NCBI GenBank assembly: GCA_964016885.1
Contig: OZ024745.1
Location: forward strand, 27,900,001-27,964,000
Source: Eledone cirrhosa
Taxonomy: Eukaryota
Reading direction: 5' to 3'
DNA: 64,000 nt
Shown: one piece after another, positions 1 through 12,720 of the stretch
Position numbering within the stretch: the first letter of the stretch is position 1
Layout: the number at the start of each line of letters is the position of its first letter
Position numbers and translations under genes: made by a program
The notes under the pieces: generated by a model
Told to the model about the DNA's origin: nothing
Databases searched by the model: none
Seen by the model: the letters and a program-made list of their open reading frames with translations, nothing else

Positions 1-32
1 CCTATTTTACTCTAGTAAAATGGGATCTGAAG

Positions 33-312
33 GCGGGTGTCTTAGTGGTTGGAGTGTCGGACATACGATTACAATGTCGTGGGTTTGACTGCTGGACCGG
101 GTTGTGTTTTGTGTTTTTGAACAGAACACATCATTTCATGTTGCTCCAGTATACTCTGCTGAAAATGTGTACTAACCGTAGCTGGAGTTTTAATCCTGCG
201 ATGGACTGGTGTCCGGTCGAGGGGAGAGTCTTGCACTCTCAGTCGCTTAAAGCCAAGGAAACTAGGATAATCACCTGCTTAATGAGCCTCCTGCCTTGAG
301 GCAGACTTTAAC
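33..312 (+). mobile_element. tRNA-derived SINE family B (CORE-like body), diverged copy
   Basis: A-box-like cttagtggtt; body tgtgtttttgaacagaacacatcatttcatgttgctccagt aligns with the copies at 11547 and 18530. Confidence 0.65.
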
Positions 313-382
313 GTTATACATTTAAAGTACGTTGAATTGTATGACTCCGAGGTCGATGAAATATGTATCAGTCAAGTACTAG

Positions 383-535
383 GGCTGGCGAATTGGCAGA
401 ATCGGCAGAATCTTGGATAGAATGCTTTGTAGTATTCATTTCGGCTCTCTGCTCTCTGAGTTCAAATCCCGCCGAGGTCAACTTTGCCTTTCATCCATTC
501 ATGGTCGATATAAAAAAAAGTACCAGTCAAGTATT
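383..535 (+). mobile_element. tRNA-derived SINE family A
   Basis: tggcagaatcgg A-box, gagttcaaatccc B-box, shared core gaggtcaactttgcctttcatcc...gtcgata...aagtaccag found at many sites in the window. Confidence 0.8.
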
Positions 536-1397
536 CAGACCTGGAGTGGAGATGGGCTCTGGCAGGTTTAAAAAATACCCTATAAACGCCGTATGTCAAT
601 ATGGCGCCCCTACAACTCCTCAGAAGTTACGGGTTCATACAGTCTATCATTACATATTTTTACGTTCCGAGTAGAAATCACGTTGAAGTCCTCATTACAT
701 TTCATTATTGTGTGATCCTTAACTTAAAGTACCAATCAAATACTGGTGCCAATTTAATGAACTATGCCACTTTCCAAAATTTGTTGTCATATTCATTTGT
801 TAAATATCGATATAACTATGATTTTACTCCCAATCCATTCTATTTTCTCAATCGGCAAATGATTATTAAATAACGTTTTACCATATTGACTGCCAACCAT
901 CAAAACAATACTATTTCAGATTCACTGGTCACTCCACTTTCATTATGAAAACTATTTTGTTTTGTTTCTTTGATATTCTTGTTTTTTTCTGTGTATGTAG
1001 GGGATTAGTTTAAAGTCTGCCAACACATTGGCCTTTGTCCATTTGTATCCAATTGTTTTCCGTAGTAACCATTTTCTCATAAATCATTCCATTATCATCA
1101 CCTAATCAAAACGAGTTTAACAACAGGGGGTTGTCTTAGCACGTTTCTAGTCCTGTATCCGGTTCCTGTCCAGTGAGACTATTGAAAATAATTGGGGTGT
1201 CAATATTTAATAATATATTTGATAATGGATTTTTTTTTTTTAAATAAAGTCTAGAACAAAGACATAAAAAAAAGAAAAAAATGTGGCTGAAAGGAAAATA
1301 CAAAATCCTCCCTTCCGCTCATCAACTAATATATTTATCATCATTAAGGGTAACGTCATTATATTTGTTGATGTAGTCATTGGTGTTAGATTTAATA

Positions 1398-2175
1398 GGG
1401 CGGTAGGTTGATAATATCGGTACAGCGTCGGACAAAGGGCTTTGCGATATTTAGATACGACTCTCTACGGTTTCAATTCCAATCCCGACGAGGTCAACTT
1501 TACCTTTCATCCTTCTGGGTTCGATAAAATAATGTACCAGTAAAATACCGGGATCGATGTAATCGATTTTCCTTTACAAATCCCCCAAATTGCTGCGATT
1601 GCGCCTAAATTAGAAATCATTATTATTAGAATGGCAGATTAACAGAATTGAAGAGCGTCGGACACCATGCTTTGTTTCATCGAATTACGTCCCTTCAATT
1701 CTGAGCTCAAATTCTTCCGAGGTTAGCTTTGCCTTTCATCATTATGAGGTCGATAAAATAAAGTACCAGTAATACACTACCTTCGAGTTAATCTACATTA
1801 CCCTACCCCCAAATTGCTGACCTTCTGACTAAATCAGAAACCATTATTTTAGGTAGGAAGTGGATTGGTAAAATGATCAGTGTACCAAACAAAATACCTT
1901 GGCTTATTGGGTTACATTCAGTGTTCAAATCCTATTCAACTTTGTTTTTCATCCTTTTAGGGTCAATAACGTAAATTGTCACCCATGGAGCGATTTAATC
2001 GATTTCCTCTGAAATCACTGGTCTTGTACATGATTTATTATAATTATTAGACCGGTCGAGATTGTCCTAACAATTATGGGGGAAATATCTTACGGTGATT
2101 AATAGTACCCATATACATTGTAAGTTCAAACTTACAGGAATCAGCCTTGCATTTCATTATTCCGCGGTTGCTGAA
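1398..2175 (+). mobile_element. Head-to-tail cluster of about four SINE family A copies
   Basis: Core (c/g)ctttcatcc...gtcgataaaat..gtaccag and attatt tail recur at ~1500, ~1735, ~1945 and, degraded, ~2145. Confidence 0.75.
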
Positions 2176-2559
2176 ATTTGTAATCATATACAGTCGTAGA
2201 AAAGCCGAAGAAAGTCGTAACTATATATTGCAAAGTATTTTGAACATTTGTTCTTCCATCAGTTTCTCTCCTGATCTATAGAGGTGGGAACATCCAGCAC
2301 TCTGAGTCCCTGAACAACGTTTCTACTCAGTTCAATCAAGATAAAGATGACCATCCTTAAGAATAGGTGCCATGTGGTGGAATCGTGATTTATGTCTCTC
2401 ATCATACGGGTTAACTCATTCAGTATTTTGTCTGTCAGGGACAAGAAATACTTACCATTGGCTTGCTGTGATATACTACATTTCTCTTCGTTGTTATGAT
2501 AAAAATACAGAAAAATGTAAAATATTTGATACAGATGTGAAAACATCACCACATAAAAA

Positions 2560-2562
<3 letters not shown>

Positions 2563-2656
<94 letters not shown>

Positions 2657-2657
2657 A
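2563..2657. repeat. (CT)n microsatellite
   Basis: Direct reading. Confidence 0.95.
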
Positions 2658-2941
2658 GTCACTTTTTCCTCTTTTACCATTTACTATCTTAAAGCTGTCA
2701 ACGCTGCTTCGTATTTTGAAAAGTATATATTTAGAAGCATGTAAAAAGCTAAGGTGGCAAAAATAACTTTTGTTGGTTGTTCTAAAAATAGCACGAAGAA
2801 TCCGATAAGAACGAGGCAGCTGTAATTTAAATTTTAAATAAAACAATGCTCTTCAAGATAACATAAGAGAGAAAAGGAAGGAGAACTAAAGTATATAGAT
2901 AGTATGGATGTTTCTTTCAATATAAAAATATTTTTTTATTT

Positions 2942-3075
2942 AGGCACACCGCCAGCAATTTAAAAGGAGGACAAATTCGACTGTATTGACCCCAGTATTT
3001 AAATGGTACTTATTTTACTGACTCTGGAAGGATAAAAGACAACATTTTCCCCGGAGTGATTTGAACCCAGAAATA
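2942..3075 (-). mobile_element. SINE family A, partial
   Basis: Reverse complement of core: ggtacttattttactgactctggaaggataaaag...gatttgaacccag. Confidence 0.65.
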
Positions 3076-3202
3076 ATAAAAACCTTAAAATACATAAATC
3101 ATATTTAATAGTATGTAGGTATAAATGTCTTATAGTAATAAATTGCTTCTCTTTAGTAAGAATCATTCAGAGGTAGGATATGTGTTTAATTCAACTAGAC
3201 TA

Positions 3203-3343
3203 ATCACCGCCATAGGCGCTGAGCTGGCCAGCCGCAGGTGTGAGCCCCGCGAGTTGGAGTGGCTTTTCCAGCGCGTCGCCCTTGCCGTCCTCCGGTGAAA
3301 CGCCTTCTCCATTCTATTAGTCGGGGCTGTGGGGAGACCACCA
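3203..3343 (+). mobile_element. CRE-clade non-LTR retrotransposon 3' fragment
   Basis: GC-rich; closely matches the reverse complement of ~26005-26140 (IGAELASRRCEPRELEW.FQRV.LAV..GNAFSIL). Confidence 0.7.
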
Positions 3344-3579
3344 ATATGATTGACTGACTTGTCATTTTATCAGTGAGAGGTTTTTAGACATCACCCAGTT
3401 AATTATGATTCATTCTGTGCTGTGGTCTCTAATTTATGGTAAACTTTTCCCGTCTTCTGACTTCTCATATCAATAAAGAAATATATAAATGAAATAGATA
3501 TTATCTATTTACTAGTGACATAGTAATCAACTGTGTCTATCTTCCTTAAATGTGGCTAGAGTCGTTCTAATCAACCATA

Positions 3580-3793
3580 CGAGGGTGGGCTGAAAAGTTA
3601 ACAGGCTGACTATGAAGAAATGTTGTTAGGGCTGTGAAATCTTGCAAGCATTAATTTCAACTCTTCTTATGAATAACTTCATTGTTTCCTTCCAGGGACT
3701 ATGTTGGAAAATAAACCTCATTTGGTCATTCCATGACAGTATCATGGTCATTCTATGAACGTTTCAGTCTATGAACTTTTCAGCTGACCCTCG
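3580..3793. mobile_element. Tc1/mariner-type MITE
   Basis: TIRs CGAGGGTGGGCTGAAAAGTT...AACTTTTCAGCTGACCCTCG flanked by TA at 3578-79 and 3794-95; sits inside a degenerate ~40-bp tandem repeat (~3505-3995). Confidence 0.8.
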
Positions 3794-5927
3794 TATCTAT
3801 CTTCCTCAAATACTACTATATTACTAGAGTCGTTCAAATCAATTGTGTATATATACTCCAAATATTACTAGAATCGTTCAAATTAACTATTTTCAAATAT
3901 GTGTACAGCCAATCTAACCAATTGTATCTCTATATCCCAAATATTACTAGAATCGATCTAATTAACTGTATCAATCTTTCCCAAATATTCTTAGATGTGA
4001 ACTTGTAATATTCATCAATTTAATTAAACACCGACGCTCACACGTACATAAACATACATCACGAACGTTTAATACAATAATCTATATATATATTTTTAAC
4101 AAATTCGTTGAAAGAATATTTGAAATTTAATTTCTCAATTGATTTCACCTACATAAATCTTCATTGAAAAGAAAAATTCGATTTATATTTTAGTTTATAT
4201 TATATTTTAGTTCTCTTTAAATGCAGATATTGAATGCATATTTCAATTATTTCCGATAATAATTTCCGAACATTCCCAATGCAGAATGAATGTTGCTTGG
4301 CATCTGCTGCCGTATGTAGGAAGCTGGAGCTCTATAATAGATTGTGACGTTGTGCAGCGACGTTCTGTGTTTTAATAGATTAGAGGTGATTTCCTCTTAA
4401 CACTCAGCTTAAACCTGGCTTATACTTGCGTGTTTCATACATATAAAAATAACTCAGAATACGGTGTACATGCCGTATATAATATATTCATCATAGAGGC
4501 TAAGGGCATTGCGTGCAAATCTTTGTCAAGATTGATTTAGTTTTCTTTTCTCTTTCCATTGATGTTAGTAAAGAAAGAGTAGGAAACGCGGTTGTATGAA
4601 TTATTGTTATAATTGGTTAATTCTAAGATTAAATTACCTCACATCGAACATGTTCTCTTTTGTGAAAGATTTTCAAAAGGAAAAAATTCATATATTGAAA
4701 ATTGTGTGTCTCTCAATACATTGAACGAATGCAGTAAAAATATAATCAAGTTTGTTGACTTTTACCTAAATTTTATAATTAAGTGGAAATATGAAGCTGC
4801 TATCGTATATACGAAGTTCAATTATGGACAAAATACATATTTATAATGCCTATTCTTAAGAACAATCACATTTAATTCGCTTTATAGCTTGGAAATTATA
4901 CTAATAAATGATAGATATTTAAACACTTTTTATTTTGGATTTAAACAAAGAACACAGTTGTGAATCGTATTAAAATTTATACACCTTTTGTCTTGTTATA
5001 ATTAATTTGCGCACTGCCATTATGCATGTTATGTAAGCGTCTTATAAAACAAGAATTCTTTCGTTTTTGGCGTTGTTTCTATTTATGTAAATTAAAATAT
5101 ATGAAACGAAAATTACTACTATTTTGCGAAAGGTATAATTCTACAAGGGATTAAAATAACCTGGAATTATTGATTATCTTCTTACTTCCACTTAAGTTCC
5201 ATGATCTTCAAACAACATAGCAAAGAATCTAGGATTTCAAACTAAAAGTGAAGCAATTATCATCTTTCGTTTATAGGATTATAGTAATTAATTTTTTCAT
5301 ATTTTTATTTCTGTTCTTTGGTACAGTAATTATCCTCAATCCTATGCAAAATATCTTTTTGCATATTTAAATTCAACTAAGAGATAATTTTCAGATAATT
5401 GTATCTTTCGTTTAAGGAAACAGAACACGATATAGACTTTCTCTGTCTATTTATTTAAGAACCTATAGTCTGATTCAGAGTTTTGAAAACGCCAAGTTTG
5501 GCAGATTACCTGTCACCTCAAATATAAAGTTATGGTACATTATATTATACCCAAAGTGATGTGTGTATGACTATAATTATGTACATTTATGCCTCCTTGT
5601 ATTATACAACAAGCATGTTGCTTGTATGATAGATTAATTAGCTTTGAATGTTTGTTTTCCGATGACTCATGTTTTTTCTCGTCATTTAAGGATGTAAATT
5701 ATTAGGTTTCAACAGTTAGAAGGTTAGTCACTAATTTTTTAGGGCTTGTTTGAAGTAGTGATACAATTAAATACAACTTGTTACATTATTTTAGGTGTTG
5801 TATTACAATGTTGATTGGTTACCTAGTGAATCACTTGCATAATTATAGTATATGATATATGTGACCGTTGTAGACGGTGGTTTTACTATGGTTGATATAT
5901 CGCAGTTAATATATATATGTTTTAAAT

Positions 5928-6075
5928 GGTGGCGAATTAACAGAGTTGCTAGAGCTTCAGATAGAATGCTTTTCGTTATTCGTTCCGGCTCTCTGAGTTC
6001 AAATCCCGTTGAGATCAACTTAGCCTTTCATTCTTTCAATGTCGATTAAACCTGTCAGTCAAATACTGAGTCGAT
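5928..6075 (+). mobile_element. SINE family A
   Basis: ggtggcgaattaacagag...gagttcaaatcccg...gcctttcattctttcaatgtcgat. Confidence 0.75.
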
Positions 6076-7954
6076 TCATCTCTTTTTCGCCCCCTCTCTT
6101 TCTCACCCCCCCTCGCTTTCTCTCTCTCCTTCACTAAAAAAAAACCGACTGTTTTCAAATTTGGCCAGGGGATAGGCTCCACGAGGTTTAAAGTACCCAA
6201 TACATGTTTTATGTTACTAAGGTACTCTTACGACTCCGTCAGGAGTTACGGGTCCGTGCATATATGCAAGTGTTTTGAAATGTATACAACCAGCAAACAT
6301 TGGCGGAAGGACTCAATACATTTATAGAGTTTAATATTTGTTAAAATTTTATCCAACTTTTCCAATACGCGATACAACAAAATTAAACACACAATATCAT
6401 CACATAACAAGACACCTGACCTGTTACAGTTTATTTCTAATAACTGACTTCATTATAATTTCATTTTTATTGCGAACCGTTGATTTCAGTTCTAAATTAT
6501 TTACCTTCGTAATCCTCTAAAACAATATAGCAGCTGTCTTATTTTAAATTATCCACATCTATTAAAAAGAAGCAAATACGCTGACACATATTTGAAAATG
6601 GCTCATAAAATAAATTAGCCGGAGTTATAATCATTCCTTAAAAACATTTCTGAAAATTAAAAAGTATAAAAAATAAAAAAAATATTTTAAAAATATTTAA
6701 AAAAATTAATTTAGTCATTCCTAATTTATTTTGATTATAAAGAATACGAGAAGACATTTTCTGGCTCAGTCATCTTAGTCATATGGTTAACAGAAACTTC
6801 CAATTAAATCTCCGAGTACCAACCCTTTTAAAGTAATTATTCTACCAGGAAATTTGTTCATGCCCATTCTACTGGAAAATCTGTTGACGCTCATGCTCCG
6901 AATAATTCACAAAATTTCACATAAAGCTGGGTCAGCAGAAACATTTAGGAATTACATATATTTCCTAGTTCAATATTTAACCCATTCCTTCTGCCACATC
7001 TTCCTAAGTCTATGAACGGCAAAAAAATTAAATAAACGAACTCTTAAAACTCCAAGAAAGATATTAAACTTTGATGAGATTCATTTTCTAAAATGTTCCA
7101 TTCTCTCTATCTTTTCTATAATTTTTCTCTGTATAATTTTACATAATCTTTTCTGGAGAGGAAGAGATGTTCCCATAAAATTTCTATCCCCCCTTAGCCA
7201 TGGGGATAGGAACAGTTGGATACGTTTCATCCTGTTAATGCTCTAGAAGGACAGTATTGCATAGAAGAGAAACTCCTGAGTGATGACCGTTGCAGAAGAG
7301 GCAATCCTGGAAGGAAGGAATGATTGTATGCGTTTTAGAACGGAGTGACATTAGGAGTAAAAGCAAGTGTGTGTGTAGTTTAAGTTAGGATATAATAAAT
7401 ATAATCGGAAATAACAGATACCGTTGTAGTAAAGTGACCAAATGCAGATAACCAATATAACAGGGTGTTGAAGTGGTGGCGGTGGTGGGGGGGGGGGGGG
7501 GGGGGGGGCTCTCTGTAATGTTCGGATGAATAGGTGTTTGTTTATCTGTCAGATAGCTTTTTTTAGATGTGAGTCAGATTGTGTATGTATGTGCGACTTC
7601 AGGGTTCTATTGTACAGATGGATCGTAATCCTCTATTGTAGTTGTATATACTTAGATGTTAGTCGAGGTTGAAAATATTATTGGACCCTAGAAATGAAAC
7701 TTAATGCCTGAGAAACAACCTTGAATATATAAATATAAGTATGTATATAATAGAATAAATATGGTTTTATAAATATAGTTTCCATTTATTAATATCATTG
7801 ATATTATACTCCAGAAAAGTTGACGAGTGCTTCGAATCTGTTATATTGTCGGCTCGTATTCGGCAAGCCTTTTTGAGGGTGTACTGCCTTGGAAAGTATT
7901 GTCAAATACAGGCCGAAACCGCTTGGCGTCGTGGTCGGTTATTTACATTCCTTT

Positions 7955-8232
<278 letters not shown>

Positions 8233-8930
8233 GTAGTAGTTCTGGCATGTAGCACATATAGCAAAGTAGGATCCTGTGGTCGGGGGTGATATATGGTTTT
8301 ACCTGTATATTATACAGGACTACGTGGATGTTGTATTTATTAAATATTTTCATTGCAGGTATGATTTATCTTTTGGTATTAGTGAACGAAATAATATTTT
8401 TACATTTCCGATGCCAGTCCACGTATGCCGACAGCTGTTTATGTTCCGTTATGTCATCTGAATGTTGAAAATGTGTGGGGAATTTTGGTTTTATGATAAG
8501 CTCATTAAAAATTGATATTAAACCAATACAGAAGAGAGTGGAAGAAATAACCGAGCCTCTAGGCTTTTGTCAGAGCTGATAGAGTCAAAGCAGAAGGGGC
8601 CATCACCAAGACATGTGTTAAAGTGATCTGTCAGAAAGTTTCTGATTTATGATTTTAGGAGTTGGTACAGTCGGTGTACAAATGTAACTTGCAGATCGCT
8701 CCCACACCAAACAGGCTTCAATGTATAACATAGAGTTTACCGAAATTTTCAAGGACCACTGATTTTGACTAAAAATAGTAAGTTTCCATTTGATTTGACC
8801 TCGCTAAAAGCATATAGTGATCACTTCAGAAGAAAAGATTCGAGGTAATAAAGGAGATGGCCACTTCAGTCGCTTCTATTACATTAAGGACGCTGGAAAT
8901 GATAATTAAAGGGCGATAATTAGCAGAATT

Positions 8931-9215
<285 letters not shown>

Positions 9216-9311
9216 AAATATATAAATATATATATATATAAAGAAAAAAAGATGAAATCGAAAATGCAACTGAAGTCTTATTTTTTTTTAAATATATATA
9301 TTTATTTGGTT

Positions 9312-9350
9312 CCTTTACCGGTTTCGCAGTTCTTCTGCTTTTCAAAAGTA
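9312..9350 (-). ncRNA. Degenerate minimal hammerhead ribozyme motif
   Basis: Minus: CUU-UUGAAAA-GCAG AAGAA CUGC-GAAAC CG GUA-AAG; core altered from CUGANGA; palindromic stem III ACCGGU. Confidence 0.45.
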
Positions 9351-9586
9351 GAGTTGAGATGGAGGGTCTGTGGTTTTTCTCACTGAGAAAAACCACAGAC
9401 CCTCTATAAATATATATATTTTTATAAATAAATATATATATTTTTTTTTAAATAAGACTCCAGTTGCATTTTCGGTTTCATCTTTTTTTCTTTATACTTT
9501 CACTCGTGTAGGACATCTCGGTTATTTTTCATTTTGTAAAAAAAACCTCAATATATATATATATATATATATATATACAAATATAT

Positions 9587-10362
9587 AAATGTAAGTATGT
9601 ATGTATACGTACATACGTATATGTATACAGACGTACAGTAGTATGTATATATATACATACATGCACACATATATATATGTACGTATCGGTTTACCGAACA
9701 TTTATTATAATGCTCGGTTTGTTTGTTTGTAAACAAACAAACAGCCCGAATTACGCCATACAGTGTTTATATATATGTGTGCATGTATGTATATATATAC
9801 ATACTACTGTACGTCTGTTTACATACATGTATGTACGTATACATACATACATACTTACATTTAAGTAAGTGCCGTACTAAAAGAGTGAGAAATGAAATTT
9901 CGTTTCATTCTATTCCATTTATCGTTTTCGGTGCGCCCGGCCGACTGAACTCACTCGATATGCAAATTAGGCTGCTCAGCCGTTAATATGCATAAGAAAA
10001 GTACATACTTTCAGACGTTCAACCATCTGGCAGGAAGGTATACGATGCTGACGATAGCTAATAAGCTTGAAACAAGTACATCGTTCTTGTGTCAGTGTTG
10101 AACAAAAAGGTGACGTGGTTGCCTAAACACTGTACGGCGAAATTCGGGCTGTTTGTTTGTTTACAAACAAACAAACCGAGCATTATAATAAATGTTCGGT
10201 AAACCGATACGTACATATATATATGTGTGCATGTATGTATATATATACATACTACTGTACGTCTGTATATATATATGTATGTACGTATACATACATACAT
10301 ACTTACATTTAAGTAAGTGCCGTACTAAGAGTAAGAAATGAAATTTCGTTTCATTCTATTCT
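9587..10362 (+). mobile_element. Non-coding hammerhead-bearing repeat (~448-nt unit): ~1.3-mer plus inverted 5' fragment, retrozyme-like
   Basis: Direct repeat with period 448 (gccgtact at 9871 and 10319); 9587-9769 is the reverse complement of ~10125-10310; related copies at 21480-22083 and 25158-25332. Confidence 0.75.
10042..10084 (+). ncRNA. Type I hammerhead ribozyme
   Basis: ACGAUG-CUGACGA-U AGCU AAUA AGCU U-GAAAC AA GUA^CAUCGU; perfect 6-bp stem I; predicted cleavage after 10078. Confidence 0.75.
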
Positions 10363-10585
10363 ATAAATATATATATATATATATAATCAATGTAATCTGA
10401 GTTTTTCGAATATTAATAATAACATTCGATTCGTTTGCAATTTTGCAAACAAGCCTCAATTTTATAGCCATGTCAGTAGAATGAACACTTCATTCTTGCT
10501 CTTGTGTTGGCATGCGACAGTTACTGTGTATTTTTGAAAATAGCATATATTTTCACTGGCTCTGACAGTTTGGCAGATGAGCAGT

Positions 10586-10635
10586 GAGCTGTACTGATGA
10601 AGGGTGATACCCAGAAACATTAGTGTCTGTAGTTC
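10586..10635 (+). ncRNA. Type I hammerhead ribozyme
   Basis: GAGCUGUA-CUGAUGA-A GGGU GAU ACCC A-GAAACA UUAG UGUC^UGUAGUUC; 8-bp stem I with G-U pairs; predicted cleavage after 10627. Confidence 0.7.
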
Positions 10636-10753
10636 TGTTCGCATGCCAACACAAGAGCAAGAATGAAGTGTTCATTCTACTGACATGGCTGTAAAATTGA
10701 GGCTTGTTTGCAAAATTGCAAACGAATCGAATGCTATTATTAAAATTCGAAAA

Positions 10754-10936
10754 GCGGTGGATTGGCAGTATCGGTAGAGGGTCGGACGCCATGCTTTCCA
10801 GCATAGTTACGTCCCTTTACGATCTGAGTTCAAATCCCGCCGAGGTTGACTTTGCCTTTCATCCTTACGGGGTCGATAAAATAAAGTACCAGTAATGCAC
10901 TGGGTATTGGCTGGCCTTGTGCCTAAAGTAGAAACA
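10754..10936 (+). mobile_element. SINE family A with 18-bp TSD
   Basis: ATTATTAAAATTCGAAAA at 10736-10753 and 10937-10954; interrupts the right arm of an inverted repeat. Confidence 0.85.
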
Positions 10937-11546
10937 ATTATTAAAATTCGAAAAACTCAGATTACATTTATTGTATTCAGCCATGTAGAGCGAAATTTTC
11001 TTTTTTATATATTTATATATATAGATGTATTAAGTGTATATCCTTGTCACTTTGTAATCATATTGTTACAACGAAAGATTATGAAGGCACTAATATAGTG
11101 GATTCAAAAATTTAACGAAGTGTAATATCAATTTCACCGAAATTTCCAAGGATAAAAGACCAAAGATTTTGACGAAAAATGACAACACTATCGATTTCAC
11201 TGAGAGTTTCAAGTTCGCACTATATCCTTGAGCAAGACACTTCACTTCATACTGCTTCAGTACATTCTGCTTGAACAATCAGTACCAGCAGCAGTGGAAT
11301 AGTATCTCGCTCAAGGATGGGGGACTTGCATGTTAAGTCTTTTAACGTCAATGACCCTGGAATAAGCACCGGTCTATTGAGCCTGTAGTCTTGGGACAGT
11401 TTCATTTTTTAACAGCGTATGTGTGTGCGTTTATGTGTGACATAAACATACACACATATCATTTTGATATAGTGGCTGGGATTCTTCAAGGAGATACTCC
11501 AGCCTCTTTCCATCCTAAGTATTTCATTAAATGGTAATAAGGTGAA

Positions 11547-11796
11547 GGTGCATGGCTTAGTGGTTATAGCTTGGGCTTGCAATCGAAAGGTTATGAGGTC
11601 AATTCTCGAACCGGGTGATGTGTTGTTTCCTTGAGTAAGACACTTTATTTCACGTTGCCCCAGTTTACTCAACTGTAGAAATGAGATGATAGGACTGGGG
11701 TCCCTATCATTAAATCACCCAAGACACCTCCAACGAGATATACCTTGGAGGAGGCCAGCTAAACCTGCATAGGTGTGTGCTGTCACACACACACAC
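11547..11796 (+). mobile_element. SINE family B, young subfamily with (CA)n tail
   Basis: TSD AATAAGGTGAA at 11536-46 and 11797-807; near-identical to 18530-18791. Confidence 0.85.
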
Positions 11797-11807
11797 AATA
11801 AGGTGAA

Positions 11808-11965
11808 AGGGTTAATGCTTGAACCCAGAAGAAGCAGAAGATATCCTTCTGTATTTGTCACTGATCTGGACTTTGCTGATGATTTATTTGGCTCTTCCCT
11901 CAAACTCAGTAGCAAATGCCCAATTTCCCCTACATACGCTTGAATCAGCTGCTGCCCATGTGCGG
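11808..11965 (+). pseudogene. RTE-like reverse transcriptase fragment
   Basis: Reads GLMLEPRRSRRYPSVFVTDLDFADDL (FADD motif). Confidence 0.7.
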
Positions 11966-12494
11966 ATGTGTGTGTAATGTGTATACATATGTGTGTATAG
12001 TGCTTGTGTATGTATATATGTGTGTGTATGTGCAGTATGTGTGTATGTATGCGGATGTGTATGTATGCGGATAAATATATATTTGTACATAATGTAGTGT
12101 GTGTGTATGCATGTAGATGTGAGTGAGTATGTGTAGATGTGTGTGCGCAGCGTGATGTTTGTATATATATATATATATATACATATATTCATGTATGTGT
12201 GCTCGCACTGGTATTGACTGTTTGATATTCACACAGTGTAGCGTAATGTGAGGTGATCATCAATACGTGGAAAGAAGTCTTTGAGGCAACCGCCATGAAC
12301 GCTATATCAAAGACACAAAGAAAGAACATGAATTGCACAACATGGGATAGACTATATTCTTATTTTCACAGGTGTTGACCAATCTTCTAGAAGAAATGGC
12401 TTTACTTCTGGACATCTCATAATCTTTGAAATGTCAGTCCAAGTAGATATGTGCTCATTAAAAGTTCTTTTCTGAAAGATCAAACATGTTAACC

Positions 12495-12720
<226 letters not shown>

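Noticed and set aside
383-535. tRNA genes at A/B-box sites
   Set aside because: No full cloverleaf was seen, and the boxes are followed by a SINE body.
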